Below are positions 19,988-30,459 of a stretch of DNA of 64,000 nucleotides, piece after piece (within the stretch, counting starts at the first letter, position 1; each line of letters opens with the position of its first letter). The notes under the pieces were generated by a model. That model had not been told where the DNA came from and made no database searches. It saw only the letters and a list, made by a program, of their open reading frames with translations. Origin of the DNA: Candidatus Babelota bacterium (GTDB lineage: Bacteria > Babelota > Babeliae > Babelales > CAIQNR01); the NCBI GenBank assembly GCA_965658655.1, contig CBFHTA010000001.1, positions 113,658 through 177,657 on the forward strand. Reading direction: 5' to 3'. The translations under genes were made by a program, and so were the position numbers.

Positions 19988-20869
19988 CTATTTACGATCA
20001 CGCAACAACAACATAACTGGGCTTGCGATAAATATTGAAGAATAGGTTCCAACAATAATACCAACAAGCAGCGCAAGTGATAGACTTCGTAATGACTCTC
20101 CTCCATATACGAACAATGAACCAACAGTTAAACCTGTAGAAATACTTGTTAAAAGTGTTCTTTTCAGAGTTTGGTTCAAACTTAAATTCACTACCTCGTT
20201 CGCTGTTTTGCTCGATTCTTTCACAAAGTTTTCTCTAATACGTGCGTAAATTACAATCGTATCGTTAATGGAGTAACCTAGTGTAGTTAGAATTGCAATG
20301 ACTACATTTGGAGAGATCTCTTTGTCTAACAAAACAAAGACCGCCAAGATACACAGTGCATCATGGAAAATAGCGACTACTGCACCCATTCCATATGATA
20401 AAGACCAAAACCTGAAAGCAATATATAAAAGCATTGCAAGCAAACCAAGCGCAACCATCCAAAGCGAGTTAGAGATCAATGCAGATCCCACTCCAGGACC
20501 AACTGCGTTAGTCTCTAAAATAGTCACTTTAGTATCAGTCAAATGTTTTTCTAATCCGTCTTTAATAGTAGTTCCAAGACCTTGTACATTATTAGAAAAT
20601 TCTTTTACCCGTACAAGCGCATCAACATCGCTAAACTCTCTTGTTGTTGCATCTTTAAAGCCACTACCAGCTAAGGCGTTCTTTAAACTTTCTGAACCTA
20701 CTGGCTTACTAAATTTAACTAAAAGCTGCGTTCCACCAACAAAGTCTACGCTATAACGAAAACCTTTATGCTGAATATAACCAAAAACACCGGCTCCTAT
20801 AAGAACACAAGACAAAAGCGCAGCTGTAACACGGTATCTTAAAAAATTGATGCGAGGATATTGAACCAT
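19988..20869 (-). CDS. secF: Protein translocase subunit SecF
   Basis: DFVGGT, VGPGVG, HD, GYSINDTIVI..RIREN, GTYSSIFIASP. Confidence 0.95.
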   Translation of the reverse strand: MVQYPRINFLRYRVTAALLSCVLIGAGVFGYIQHKGFRYSVDFVGGTQLLVKFSKPVGSESLKNALAGSGFKDATTREFSDVDALVRVKEFSNNVQGLGTTIKDGLEKHLTDTKVTILETNAVGPGVGSALISNSLWMVALGLLAMLLYIAFRFWSLSYGMGAVVAIFHDALCILAVFVLLDKEISPNVVIAILTTLGYSINDTIVIYARIRENFVKESSKTANEVVNLSLNQTLKRTLLTSISTGLTVGSLFVYGGESLRSLSLALLVGIIVGTYSSIFIASPVMLLLRDRK

Positions 20870-20964
20870 CCTTACTCTCCACAAAGTTTAAAATCGTTTG
20901 GAATAATCATGAATACGTACCAGCAAGTCTTATCATGTTTTTATGTTTAAAGCAAAAAGATTTT

Positions 20965-21225
20965 TTACTCAGAAATCGGATCTATAGAAACATATTTACG
21001 GCCACCAAATCCATAGTGAAACCTAATAACCCCTGCTCCTTTAGCGAACAGAGTATGATCTTTACCCATTCCTACTTTTTTTCCTGGATGAACCTTTGTC
21101 CCACGTTGACGGATGATGATTTCACCACCAGTTACTGTTTGGCCTGCGAAGAGCTTAAAACCTAATCTTCTACCCGCACTATCGCGACCGTTGGACGTTG
21201 ACCCACCCGATTTACTCGTTGCCAT
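20965..21225 (-). CDS. rpmA: 50S ribosomal protein L27
   Basis: [30 protein letters not shown]. Confidence 0.97.
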   Translation of the reverse strand: MATSKSGGSTSNGRDSAGRRLGFKLFAGQTVTGGEIIIRQRGTKVHPGKKVGMGKDHTLFAKGAGVIRFHYGFGGRKYVSIDPISE

Positions 21226-21310
21226 GAGAAATCCTAACTTTTCTTTTAAAGTGTTCTTAAGGGATTTTTTGGAATTTTATCTAGAATCCTTTGATTCCAT
21301 GATAGCCTTG

Positions 21311-21339
21311 AGTATGACAATATTGATTTTAAAAGTCAA
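21311..21339 (-). promoter_or_regulatory. Sigma70-type promoter for rpmA
   Basis: TTGACT-17 nt-CATACT with extended TG. Confidence 0.6.
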
Positions 21340-21384
21340 CACTTTCACCATTATGAGCTTATATTCAGCATATCTAAGCTTAAT

Positions 21385-21699
21385 TTATATACATAAACAA
21401 CAAAAGGGGCACCCAAGCTTACTACAAAAAACATACAGAGGAATGGCTCCCATAGCTGCTATTTCAAATTTTGTTGCCTCACGATTCAGGTCAACACGAT
21501 AATTAGAAAAATAATTTTGTATTTCTTTCTCAGGCGTAAACGGCTTTTGAGTCGGTTGATTCTTATGAACAACAAACTCGCGCGCCTCAAGATCTGACTC
21601 GTCTAGACAAGGCCTTTGAACAGATAAAGAATCCTTTTTTAAACCTTCTGTCTGCAGACACCCGACTATAAACAATACCGTTAAGTTTATTTTTTTCAT
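21385..21699 (-). CDS. Small secreted protein with Cys-rich hydrophobic C-terminal tail
   Basis: AGGAG RBS, signal-like N-terminus, ends FCSKLGCPFCCLCI. Confidence 0.7.
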   Translation of the reverse strand: MKKINLTVLFIVGCLQTEGLKKDSLSVQRPCLDESDLEAREFVVHKNQPTQKPFTPEKEIQNYFSNYRVDLNREATKFEIAAMGAIPLYVFCSKLGCPFCCLCI

Positions 21700-21763
21700 A
21701 CCTTTCTCCTTTTATTGATTCATTGAATCAAAGCTGCCAAGAACAATAATAAAAACTTTTGTA

Positions 21764-22141
21764 TCAAGGAGTATCGTTATCTTGAGAGTTGCAGCAATGG
21801 CTTAGATGCCTCAAACAAAGATAAGTTGCCAAAGACAGTCCCGCAGTTGCTCCTACTAGAAGCCAAACCTCACACTTACTTTTCTTGCAGCCTCCACACC
21901 CAGACAAATCTCCTTCACAAGCTATCTTTTTAGTTTTTTGTAGACAATCAAAACAAGATCCACAAAAGCACTGTGTCCCTTTAGAGTTTCTCCCTAACTC
22001 TAACAACTTGCTATCAGGCACCTGAATAGACCTTGTCCCGTAATCAAGATCACGGTTTGTCCAGCTTTCCAGTTTACTTTCTGAACAATGTGAAACAGTC
22101 ACTACCAAAAAACCTAGAGTTAGACTCCATCTTTTCTCCAA
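21764..22141 (-). CDS. Small secreted Cys-rich protein with C-terminal TM
   Basis: AGGAGG RBS with TTG start, signal peptide, many Cys, TM WLLVGATAGLSLATYLCL. Confidence 0.7.
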   Translation of the reverse strand: MEKRWSLTLGFLVVTVSHCSESKLESWTNRDLDYGTRSIQVPDSKLLELGRNSKGTQCFCGSCFDCLQKTKKIACEGDLSGCGGCKKSKCEVWLLVGATAGLSLATYLCLRHLSHCCNSQDNDTP

Positions 22142-22175
22142 AAGCCCTCCTTTGCTATATTATCTTCCTGCACCG

Positions 22176-22472
22176 TCAAGGTTTGTAATGAAGAATCCTT
22201 TCCTCCACCCATGGAACAAGTTTTAAACAAACAACAAAAGCAGCTGTTGCCGCAAAAACACATGCTCTTTTTGCATTACTATCAAGAGGAGCAAGTCTAT
22301 CTGTTAAATCTATTTGATTATTTCGATCTGTTCCTTCTGGTATCTCAACCCAAGACTCCCCTCTCTGCATCCCAAATGTTTTTAAAGGATGATCTGTTTT
22401 TCCTGTCCATTCGTCAGAAACCCCATGCAGCTGCGTTGCTACTAACATAAAAACTACAGCCATTATTCGCAT
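22176..22472 (-). CDS. Small secreted protein with C-terminal TM
   Basis: AAGGA RBS, signal peptide, TM ACVFAATAAFVVCL. Confidence 0.7.
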   Translation of the reverse strand: MRIMAVVFMLVATQLHGVSDEWTGKTDHPLKTFGMQRGESWVEIPEGTDRNNQIDLTDRLAPLDSNAKRACVFAATAAFVVCLKLVPWVEERILHYKP

Positions 22473-22490
22473 TTTGGTACATCCTTTCTA

Positions 22491-22841
22491 TTAACCCCCT
22501 GTAAAATTACCGCCATTCTGGTCTAAGTGTTGCTCGATTACTCCGCAAGTGGCAACCAAAATTACTGCTGCTGCCGAAACAGCGGCACAAAGCGTAGCGT
22601 AGCACTTCCACCTAGGCTTTCTGCCAGTACAACAAGTATTTTTTGTACTATGTAAACTATGAAGTTCACTGTCACCACAAACAATTGCTCTCTCTAGAGA
22701 AAGCGGTGTCTTTACACTCGAAAACACTGTACTCTCTCCTGCCACCTCAATGCTCGGAGGGTACCCATAAGGGTACCTTTTGGCACCAAACGCCTGTCTG
22801 CTCATTACCATTAAAACTAACAACATTGTTAGTTTTTTCAT
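22491..22841 (-). CDS. Small secreted protein with Cys cluster and C-terminal TM
   Basis: AAGGGG RBS, signal peptide ending AFG, TCC, TM CYATLCAAVSAAAVILVATC. Confidence 0.7.
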   Translation of the reverse strand: MKKLTMLLVLMVMSRQAFGAKRYPYGYPPSIEVAGESTVFSSVKTPLSLERAIVCGDSELHSLHSTKNTCCTGRKPRWKCYATLCAAVSAAAVILVATCGVIEQHLDQNGGNFTGG

Positions 22842-23142
22842 GTCTTACCCCTTTAATCTTATTATTCTCATGTAACGCTACAAGCTGATGCCAGAGACTC
22901 TTTATTAACAGAAGTTATTGTTGATACAACAATGCACTCTAATCATAGAGTTATCAATGCAAACAGAAATGACATTAATGAATTGCTCCTTCTCTATTGT
23001 ATCCATCCCGTGTTAACACCTTTTTCTGAATCATTTGAGGTAATTACAATTCCAGAACTATTTGGCCTACACGTATTGCCCGGTTTAAAAGAGAAGCATC
23101 CATATGCTCTAAGTGATATAAAAACAAACCTTAAGGTTCAGA

Positions 23143-23913
23143 TTACTCACCTAACTGCTCTGTCCATTCTTTAAGTTGATCTTCCCACTCATCACCAATT
23201 AAATATTTTTTACGCCAGGCTTCGAGTGAATACTTAAAGTGCGGAAGCGCTAATTTTAAAAGCCCAAGAGCATATTCACGAATTTCTTTTTGTGCACCAG
23301 AACCTAAGCGTAGCTTCATAAAGTGCATAAGTGACTGTAAGTTACAGGTATAGATAAACTCGGTATACGTTGCTACCGGCAATATTGCACGAGCTTGCTC
23401 ACGACATACACCCGCTTCGAGCATTTTAGTATAAGCATCATATGCATTTTCCAAAGCCTGTTTATATTGCCCTGTTAATTCATCGTTAGTAAAAGCCCCA
23501 TAAGAAGATTGTCCATTTTCTTTATCTTGCAATCTAAAATCTTTAGGTATATAAAATTCTGTTTTTACTTTTACATAGCGATAGCTAATCTCATTGTACG
23601 AGTTAATTCTATGGCGCATCCATTGCCGTGTAATAAAAATTGGCGCTTTCACACGAAAAGACAACTGATTGTGTTCAAAAGGGCTTGAATGGTTATGCTC
23701 CATAAGAAAATCAATAAGCTTTTTGTCTCGCTCACTTATTTCATGAGAAATTCTTCCATAAGAAACACGGGCAGCATTGGCAATATCAAGATCAGAGCCA
23801 GATACGCGAACCAACTCTACCGAGCTAATTCCATCGCCAAGAGGATCTACTCTATTTTCTTGCGCTCCAAAAACTGTTTGCGTTGTTTTTGTTTTTTGTT
23901 GGTCCATAGACAT
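23143..23913 (-). CDS. thyX: FAD-dependent thymidylate synthase
   Basis: AARVSY, HSSPFEH, RHRINSYNEISYRY ThyX motif, REQAR. Confidence 0.96.
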   Translation of the reverse strand: MSMDQQKTKTTQTVFGAQENRVDPLGDGISSVELVRVSGSDLDIANAARVSYGRISHEISERDKKLIDFLMEHNHSSPFEHNQLSFRVKAPIFITRQWMRHRINSYNEISYRYVKVKTEFYIPKDFRLQDKENGQSSYGAFTNDELTGQYKQALENAYDAYTKMLEAGVCREQARAILPVATYTEFIYTCNLQSLMHFMKLRLGSGAQKEIREYALGLLKLALPHFKYSLEAWRKKYLIGDEWEDQLKEWTEQLGE

Positions 23914-23982
23914 ATCCTTTTAGTAAAAATGTCGTTTCAAACAGAATACTAAACAATAAAAATGGTATCAAATACTAGATAC

Positions 23983-24567
23983 TTACAAACAAACCGCTAA
24001 GCCCACTACAAACTTAACAAATCTTCCACAACACGCACTCACACTTTCCATACAGCTACTTTCACGCTCTTTGCCATCTTCTTCGTCTTCAGCTGCTTGC
24101 TCTTCTAAGATTGTACCTGTGTGTCCCATTACCGGTTGTGCGCGAGATCCTTTTTTCTCTGTTTCTTCGTCGCTTTTCTCTCTGCCCCCAATAACAAATG
24201 TCGCTTTTACAGGACGATCTTTTGCGCCCTTAATCTTCACAGTTGCGTGAACCGTTCCACTACCCGTAGACTCAGGCCGATCCTCACCACTACCGGCAGA
24301 CTGCGGACGCGATTCAGAAGAACGTATTGCCCCAATCGTTTCTGCTCTTTTTCTTTGTGCTCCAGCAACCCACTTCAAGCAACTCAATGATGTTTGACTT
24401 GTTAAACCTGCTCCATCTTCAGGCGCTGAATGGGGGCGTCCATCTTTTCGCGGAGATATTTTGGACTGAAGGGCTAGTCGTTGCCTTTCATCAAGAGGAG
24501 TCACTTTCGCGGTTCCTGCTTGCAAAAAAAGACCTGTTAAGCTAAATAGCAAAAGTATTCCCTTCAT
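23983..24567 (-). CDS. Secreted low-complexity protein with Cys-containing hydrophobic C-terminal tail
   Basis: AAGGGG RBS, signal peptide, RPxS repeats, acidic stretch, ends ACCGRFVKFVVGLAVCL. Confidence 0.7.
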   Translation of the reverse strand: MKGILLLFSLTGLFLQAGTAKVTPLDERQRLALQSKISPRKDGRPHSAPEDGAGLTSQTSLSCLKWVAGAQRKRAETIGAIRSSESRPQSAGSGEDRPESTGSGTVHATVKIKGAKDRPVKATFVIGGREKSDEETEKKGSRAQPVMGHTGTILEEQAAEDEEDGKERESSCMESVSACCGRFVKFVVGLAVCL

Positions 24568-24683
24568 GGCTCTACCCCTTATGCACCTCTTACCCCGCGC
24601 GAAATAACCCTAAAAAGCTCAGAAAGCTCATGCTTTTTTATAGCGCTATTTAATAAAGGATTACAAGGATTAGCAGAAGAAGG

Positions 24684-27386
24684 TTACTTTGCTTCCTTCC
24701 AGTTATTACCAGTATGCGTATCTACAAGAAGTGAAACATCCCAGTTGACCACACTTTGTAACTCTTTTTTAACAAGCTCTTCAACTTCTTGCTCAGAACC
24801 TTTTGCAACAGTCAAAAGAATTTCATCATGAATTTGTAATAACATGCAAGCGTCGAGCTTTTGCTTCTTCAGTGCATCAAAAACTTTGAGCATTCCCATT
24901 TTCATGATCTCAGCAGCTGTTCCTTGAGCAACTGTATTTACCGCAATACGACATGCGAGATCATAGAGATTTTTATTGCGTTCTTTTAATCCAGGAACAG
25001 GCCGGCGTCTACCAAAAACAGTCGTCACATACCCGTCTTCTTTGCCCTTATCAATAACCGAATCCATCCACTCTCGCACTTTTGGATACTGGGCAAAATA
25101 AGTCTCAATATACTTTTTTGCATCTTTTAATGGAATATCTAAATCTTTTGAAAGGCCATAGGGAGTTAAACCATACAAAATGCTAAAGTTAATACGTTTA
25201 CCAACAGTACGTTCTTTAGGTGTAACTTTATCAAGTGAAACATCAAAAATACGAGCTGCTGTTTCTGCATGAATATCATGACCATCTTTAAATGCTTTAA
25301 GGAGTGTAGGATCTTGAGACAAGTGCGCTAATACACGCAGCTCAATTTGCGAGTAATCGGCAGACAAGAAAACCCTATCCCCTTGGGGCTTAAAGGCCAT
25401 ACGCACAGTGCTGCCCAAACCATCTACTGGTATGTTTTGAAGATTAGGGTTAGAACTTGAAAGCCGTCCGGTTGCGACACGAATTTGAGAATAGTCTGTG
25501 TGAATACGACCCGTTTTTTTATCTATATATTCAGGAAGCGCATCAATGTAAGTACTTTTTAATTTAAAAAGCTCTCGATACTGCATAATATAGCTTGGAA
25601 CAGGATGCTCTTTTGAGAGTTCCATGAGAACCGCATTGTCCGTTGAATACCCATCACCTTTAGCGTTTTTACGCTTTGGTGGTAACTTTAAATAATCAAA
25701 TAATAAATGAGCAACTTGCTTTGAGGAACTAAAATTAATTTTTTCAAACTGAGGGTCAAGCAATGCAATAGCTGTTCTTCGGATATCTTCAATCTGCTTA
25801 GTTACTACTTTATCAAGCTCTTCCAAAATAGAAACATCACAATAAATACCACGTAATTCCATATCTACAAGGACATCTAACAGAGGCATTTCAATAGCAT
25901 AAAAAATCTTTTCTACATTTTTTTCTTTGAGCAGCGGCTTTAAAACAAAATATAATTTAAACGTTTGGTGTGAATCTGCAGCAGCATATTCTGTAGCTTC
26001 GTCAATAGGAACTTCTGCAAAATCTTTACGGCCTCGCTGATTTACGATTTCCTTAAAAGTCCACATTGGCTCATTTAAGTAGTGATACGAAATTTCTTTA
26101 AGGGCGTTTTTTTGCCACTCTTCTTTAACTAAATTTGCAGCCAAAATAGTATCAAAAATCATACCGCGCTCTTTAATGCCATGTTGCGCCATAACCATTT
26201 GATCGAACTTTGCATGATGAGCAATTTTTTTAATATTCGCATCTTCAAAGAGAGGCTTAATTTTTTCTAAAACGTACTCCCGCTCAAGCTGTTGTCCCTC
26301 GTTGTGTCCAAACGGAATATAATAAGAAACACCTTCTTGAGTACAAATCGAAAAACCTATCATGTCTAAATCAACCGCATTTGTTCCAACACCTTCAGTG
26401 TCGTAGGCAAAAAGTTTCTTTTCTTTAATCTCAGTAACAACTTGCTCTAAAAGCTCTTTAGTGTTTACACAGATAAATTGATACCCACGTTCTTGTGAAG
26501 TTCTAACGTGCCGCACCGGGCTACCTGCTTGCGCCATACCACGGAGCAAACTTTTAAACCCAAGCTTTTCAAAAATACCTCGAGCGTCTACCCAACGCGT
26601 TGCATTAAACTTAAGATCGTCAAACGCAACGATGAGTTTATGCATACGGAGCAAGAATAATTTTTGACTCAAGAATGCATTGTCTTTATTTTTTTCAAGC
26701 GCATTTTTTAAACGATTAACAGTTACTCTATCTAAGTTGTTATATAAATCTTCAAGTGATCTAAACTCAGAGACCAACTCTAAGGCCCCTTTTTTGCCAA
26801 TACCTTTTACCCCAGGAATATTGTCTGAAGAATCCCCAAGAAGCGCAAAATAAAACGGTGCCTTCTGGGGAGAGAACCCTAATTTGTCTTCATACACTTG
26901 CTCATCAATAAACAAATCTTTAAAAGTATCAAACATAATAATGTTTTCATTTAACATCTGGCCCATGTCTTTATCAGATGTTACCACTACTACATTTTTC
27001 CCCTGAGACTCCCACTCTTTTGCTAACGAATACATTAGATCATCTGCTTCTACCCCAGACCGAGACAATTGATGCAAACCAATCGCATTAGCAAAATCAA
27101 TGATGTATTCTTTTTGTTCAAAGAGATCGCTTGGTGGATCTTGACGCGTTGCTTTGTATTCAGGAAATATCTCATGTCGCTCTGTTGGTCCTTTACTGTC
27201 CCAGACGAGTGCTAAATGTTCAGGCTCAAATTGATCAACAAGCTTTTTGATCATTCGACAAAAACCATACACTGCTTGAATCGGCTTACCATCTGCTGTA
27301 TGCATTGGACGCAAACCATAATAAGCACGATATAAGAACGAAGATCCGTCAATTAAAAACAACGTATTTTTAGAATCAATATCCAT
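24684..27386 (-). CDS. polA: DNA polymerase I
   Basis: LIDGSS 5'-nuclease, EADD, TGRLSSSNPNLQNIP, DYSQIELR, QIHDE. Confidence 0.98.
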   Translation of the reverse strand: MDIDSKNTLFLIDGSSFLYRAYYGLRPMHTADGKPIQAVYGFCRMIKKLVDQFEPEHLALVWDSKGPTERHEIFPEYKATRQDPPSDLFEQKEYIIDFANAIGLHQLSRSGVEADDLMYSLAKEWESQGKNVVVVTSDKDMGQMLNENIIMFDTFKDLFIDEQVYEDKLGFSPQKAPFYFALLGDSSDNIPGVKGIGKKGALELVSEFRSLEDLYNNLDRVTVNRLKNALEKNKDNAFLSQKLFLLRMHKLIVAFDDLKFNATRWVDARGIFEKLGFKSLLRGMAQAGSPVRHVRTSQERGYQFICVNTKELLEQVVTEIKEKKLFAYDTEGVGTNAVDLDMIGFSICTQEGVSYYIPFGHNEGQQLEREYVLEKIKPLFEDANIKKIAHHAKFDQMVMAQHGIKERGMIFDTILAANLVKEEWQKNALKEISYHYLNEPMWTFKEIVNQRGRKDFAEVPIDEATEYAAADSHQTFKLYFVLKPLLKEKNVEKIFYAIEMPLLDVLVDMELRGIYCDVSILEELDKVVTKQIEDIRRTAIALLDPQFEKINFSSSKQVAHLLFDYLKLPPKRKNAKGDGYSTDNAVLMELSKEHPVPSYIMQYRELFKLKSTYIDALPEYIDKKTGRIHTDYSQIRVATGRLSSSNPNLQNIPVDGLGSTVRMAFKPQGDRVFLSADYSQIELRVLAHLSQDPTLLKAFKDGHDIHAETAARIFDVSLDKVTPKERTVGKRINFSILYGLTPYGLSKDLDIPLKDAKKYIETYFAQYPKVREWMDSVIDKGKEDGYVTTVFGRRRPVPGLKERNKNLYDLACRIAVNTVAQGTAAEIMKMGMLKVFDALKKQKLDACMLLQIHDEILLTVAKGSEQEVEELVKKELQSVVNWDVSLLVDTHTGNNWKEAK

Positions 27387-27518
27387 GAGTATTCCTCTAA
27401 TAGAAAGGTTTACTCAAGTATACCGCACTCTACAGAATAAATAAAAACGATTAAACTCCCACTTGCTCTCACTTTCAAACATTGTCTCTATTGTCTCTAT
27501 TCTGCTACACTTATTCGT

Positions 27519-29462
27519 ATGTATATTGATGTAAAATTACTTTCAGGTTTTCCTAAACCACTTCTTTACCGCGCTCCAAGTATGTGGAAAAATATTCCAA
27601 AGGGTACTATTGTAAATGTTCCTATGCGCAATACTATTGTTCCCGGAGTTATTTTGCGAGTGCACTCTACACCACCCAAAGTAAGCTTTGAGGTAAGAGA
27701 AGCAGAGAGCGTAGAGGCATTTCCTCAAGATAAAAACTATTACACGTTTATCGAAAAACTTTCACAATACCATGCGGTAGAAGAAATGAGTTTTATTAAG
27801 CGTATTCATAGTTTTATAAAACAAAAAAACACACTTGATTTACCTGAACAAAAAACATCTGCAAAACACAAAAACGTTGAACTAACCAATGAACAGCAAA
27901 CAGTTGTAGATTTTTTAGTTCCTAAAATAACCGCGCAAATTTACACCCCAACCCTTTTGCATGGTGTTACTGGATCGGGCAAAACAGAAGTCTATAAAAA
28001 ATTAATCCTACAAGCATTTAAAGAAAAAAAGAGTGCCATTCTATTGTTGCCAGAAGTTTCTCTCGCCGTACAATTTGAACGATTACTTCGGGCACAACTT
28101 CCCATAGAAATTCCTATTGTCTCTTTCCATAGCGCAACAAGTGCAAAAACCAAAAAACTTTTATGGAAGTACGCTTTAGAAGGTTATCCACAATTAATTC
28201 TTGGGGTGCATCTACCGGTACTTTTACCGTTAGCAAACCTTGGCTTAATTGTTATTGATGAAGAACACGAATCTGGATTTCAAGAAAAAAAACACCCAAA
28301 ACTCAACACTAAACATGCGGCATTACTACGTGCTCAACTGTATAATATTCCTATCTTATTAGGTTCAGCAACGCCTTCAATAACCTCGCTCTATAATGTT
28401 AAGCATAGAAACTGGAAACTATTTCAACTAAAAAAAAGATTCGCTGGAGCATTTCCTCAAATTCAAAAAGTATTGTTGACCGACAAAAAACAACGGAAAC
28501 ATTTCTGGTTGAGCAACGAACTTAAAAACGCATTAGAAGATCGATTACAAAAAAAAGAACAAAGCCTAGTGTTCTTAAATCGACGCGGGATCTGTTTCTT
28601 TCTACAGTGCAAATCATGCTCTCACATATTCAATTGCAGATCATGTTCAGTAAGTTTAACATTGCATGCAGACGATTTTTTAAAATGCCATTACTGTTCA
28701 TATTCAGAACAAAAGCCAACAGAGTGCCCTGATTGCCAAAAAACAGAGTTTCTTAAAAAAGGTATTGGAACGCAACAATTAGTGACTATGCTTCAACGAA
28801 TTTTTCCTACCGCGCGCATTGCAAGAGCAGACATGGACACCACTGTAAATAAAAAATTATGGCAGCAAATTATTACGCAGTTTGAAGGCCAAGAACTTGA
28901 TATTTTAGTCGGCACACAAACAATAACCAAAGGGTACCACTTTCCCAATGTTACCTTGGTGGGCATTATTTGGGGAGACATTAACTTAAATTTCCCATTT
29001 TACAGTGCTCAAGAATCTGTTCTTCAGCAGCTTATTCAAGTGGCAGGACGCGCAGGTAGACAACGCGCAGACAGCAAGGTTATTGTACAAACCATGACCG
29101 AGCATCCGTTATTCAACTATTTAAATGAAGTGGATTACCTAAAATTCTATCAAAAAGAAATCGAACAACGTCGACTCGTCAATTATCCTCCCATGGTCCG
29201 TTTTGCTGAAATAGAAATTAAACACTCAAAAGAAGAAGTTACAGAACAAGAAGCATTTACTATTGCGGCCCACCTGTTGAAACTCAAAACCGTAACTGTT
29301 TTGGGGCCAACCGAGCCGCCGGTTTCTAAAATAAAAAAAGTATTCAGTAAAAAAATCTATTTAAAAGCGCGAGAGTTTAAAGCTTTAGTGGATGCATTCA
29401 AGACACTTGACCAAAAAACACTCCGAAGTTCTCTCTTCTTTACACCCCATCCTCTAAGCTGA
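27519..29462 (+). CDS. priA: Primosomal protein N'
   Basis: GVTGSGKTEVY, DEEHE, GSATPS, Cys-rich zinc motifs, QVAGRAGR. Confidence 0.96.
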   Translation: MYIDVKLLSGFPKPLLYRAPSMWKNIPKGTIVNVPMRNTIVPGVILRVHSTPPKVSFEVREAESVEAFPQDKNYYTFIEKLSQYHAVEEMSFIKRIHSFIKQKNTLDLPEQKTSAKHKNVELTNEQQTVVDFLVPKITAQIYTPTLLHGVTGSGKTEVYKKLILQAFKEKKSAILLLPEVSLAVQFERLLRAQLPIEIPIVSFHSATSAKTKKLLWKYALEGYPQLILGVHLPVLLPLANLGLIVIDEEHESGFQEKKHPKLNTKHAALLRAQLYNIPILLGSATPSITSLYNVKHRNWKLFQLKKRFAGAFPQIQKVLLTDKKQRKHFWLSNELKNALEDRLQKKEQSLVFLNRRGICFFLQCKSCSHIFNCRSCSVSLTLHADDFLKCHYCSYSEQKPTECPDCQKTEFLKKGIGTQQLVTMLQRIFPTARIARADMDTTVNKKLWQQIITQFEGQELDILVGTQTITKGYHFPNVTLVGIIWGDINLNFPFYSAQESVLQQLIQVAGRAGRQRADSKVIVQTMTEHPLFNYLNEVDYLKFYQKEIEQRRLVNYPPMVRFAEIEIKHSKEEVTEQEAFTIAAHLLKLKTVTVLGPTEPPVSKIKKVFSKKIYLKAREFKALVDAFKTLDQKTLRSSLFFTPHPLS

Positions 29463-29473
29463 AAATATACCCC

Positions 29474-29731
29474 TTAAGCTTTGCCCTGCAAGAGCTTTTC
29501 GGAATCACTTTCCTCCTTTTTACCTCCCTCTGAAGACTTGTAAGATAAGATAGAAGCTGCCTTCCTTTGCCCATTGATCATACTCTCGCAGATATCCCCT
29601 GCCGTCCCCCAACTATGTGCTTTCTTAGCTTTTTTTGGTTCTTTGCTCCCGGGTTCTTCTAGAGGAGAAGTTGCCACAACACAAAAACTAAATAAGCCTA
29701 AAAATATGCTTAATAAAAAAATATTTTTCAT
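29474..29731 (-). CDS. Small secreted hypothetical protein
   Basis: AGGAG RBS before MKNIF, signal peptide, charged disordered body. Confidence 0.55.
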   Translation of the reverse strand: MKNIFLLSIFLGLFSFCVVATSPLEEPGSKEPKKAKKAHSWGTAGDICESMINGQRKAASILSYKSSEGGKKEESDSEKLLQGKA

Positions 29732-29748
29732 CCCTACTCCTACTATTT

Positions 29749-30294
29749 TTAATCGACTACAAAAAAACATTCTTTATAATGTTTGAGCTCTTCAATAGAT
29801 TCTCTTATATCATCAAGCGCACGGTGAGTATTGTGTTTTTTGTGCTCCAATGCAGGGTTCCCTGGAGACCACCTTCTAGCAAGTTCCTTAACGGTACTAA
29901 CGTCTAGCGTTCTATAGTTCAAAAACTTATACAGCGCTGGCATATGATGCAAAAAGAAAAACCTATCCATCCAGACAGAATTTCCACAAAGCGGAGATTT
30001 TCCTGGCTGGCAATATTTATACAAAAAATCGAGAACCTCCCTTTCTGCTTCTTCTTCAGTAATATCTGAATTTACCACTTTTTGTAATAAGCCACTGCCG
30101 CCGTGCACTTTAGTACACCAGTCATCCATTTTTTCTAATGTTTCATCTGACTGTCCAATAACAATTACTGGCCCCTCGGCAATAATATTCAATTGGTTGT
30201 CTGTAACAATAACAGCTATCTCTAAAATTTTATCTTTTGCTGGATGAAGTCCTGTCATCTCCAGGTCTATCCATACAAGATTATCCTTGTTCAC
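29749..30294 (-). CDS. orn: Oligoribonuclease
   Basis: WIDLEMTGL, PLCGNSV..DR, HRALDDIRESI; GTG start. Confidence 0.96.
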   Translation of the reverse strand: MNKDNLVWIDLEMTGLHPAKDKILEIAVIVTDNQLNIIAEGPVIVIGQSDETLEKMDDWCTKVHGGSGLLQKVVNSDITEEEAEREVLDFLYKYCQPGKSPLCGNSVWMDRFFFLHHMPALYKFLNYRTLDVSTVKELARRWSPGNPALEHKKHNTHRALDDIRESIEELKHYKECFFVVD

Positions 30295-30459
30295 TAGCCC
30301 AATCCTTCTTTTTCAAGCCCTGCTCTAAAAAACGACCAAACAAAGTTTCATACAAAGAGCAACAATAACATTTCATAATAAAATCAACAGTAAAAAAGGC
30401 ACCTCTATTCTTGTCATCAATTTTTGTAGATCAGAACCAACCCAAAAGTTTCGGTACTC

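Noticed and set aside
22857..23174. Plus-strand open frame (includes track ORF 22932..23174) with faint resemblance to a HisG C-terminus
   Set aside because: No RBS, it overlaps the thyX end, and the resemblance is by eye only; cannot be supported without a search.
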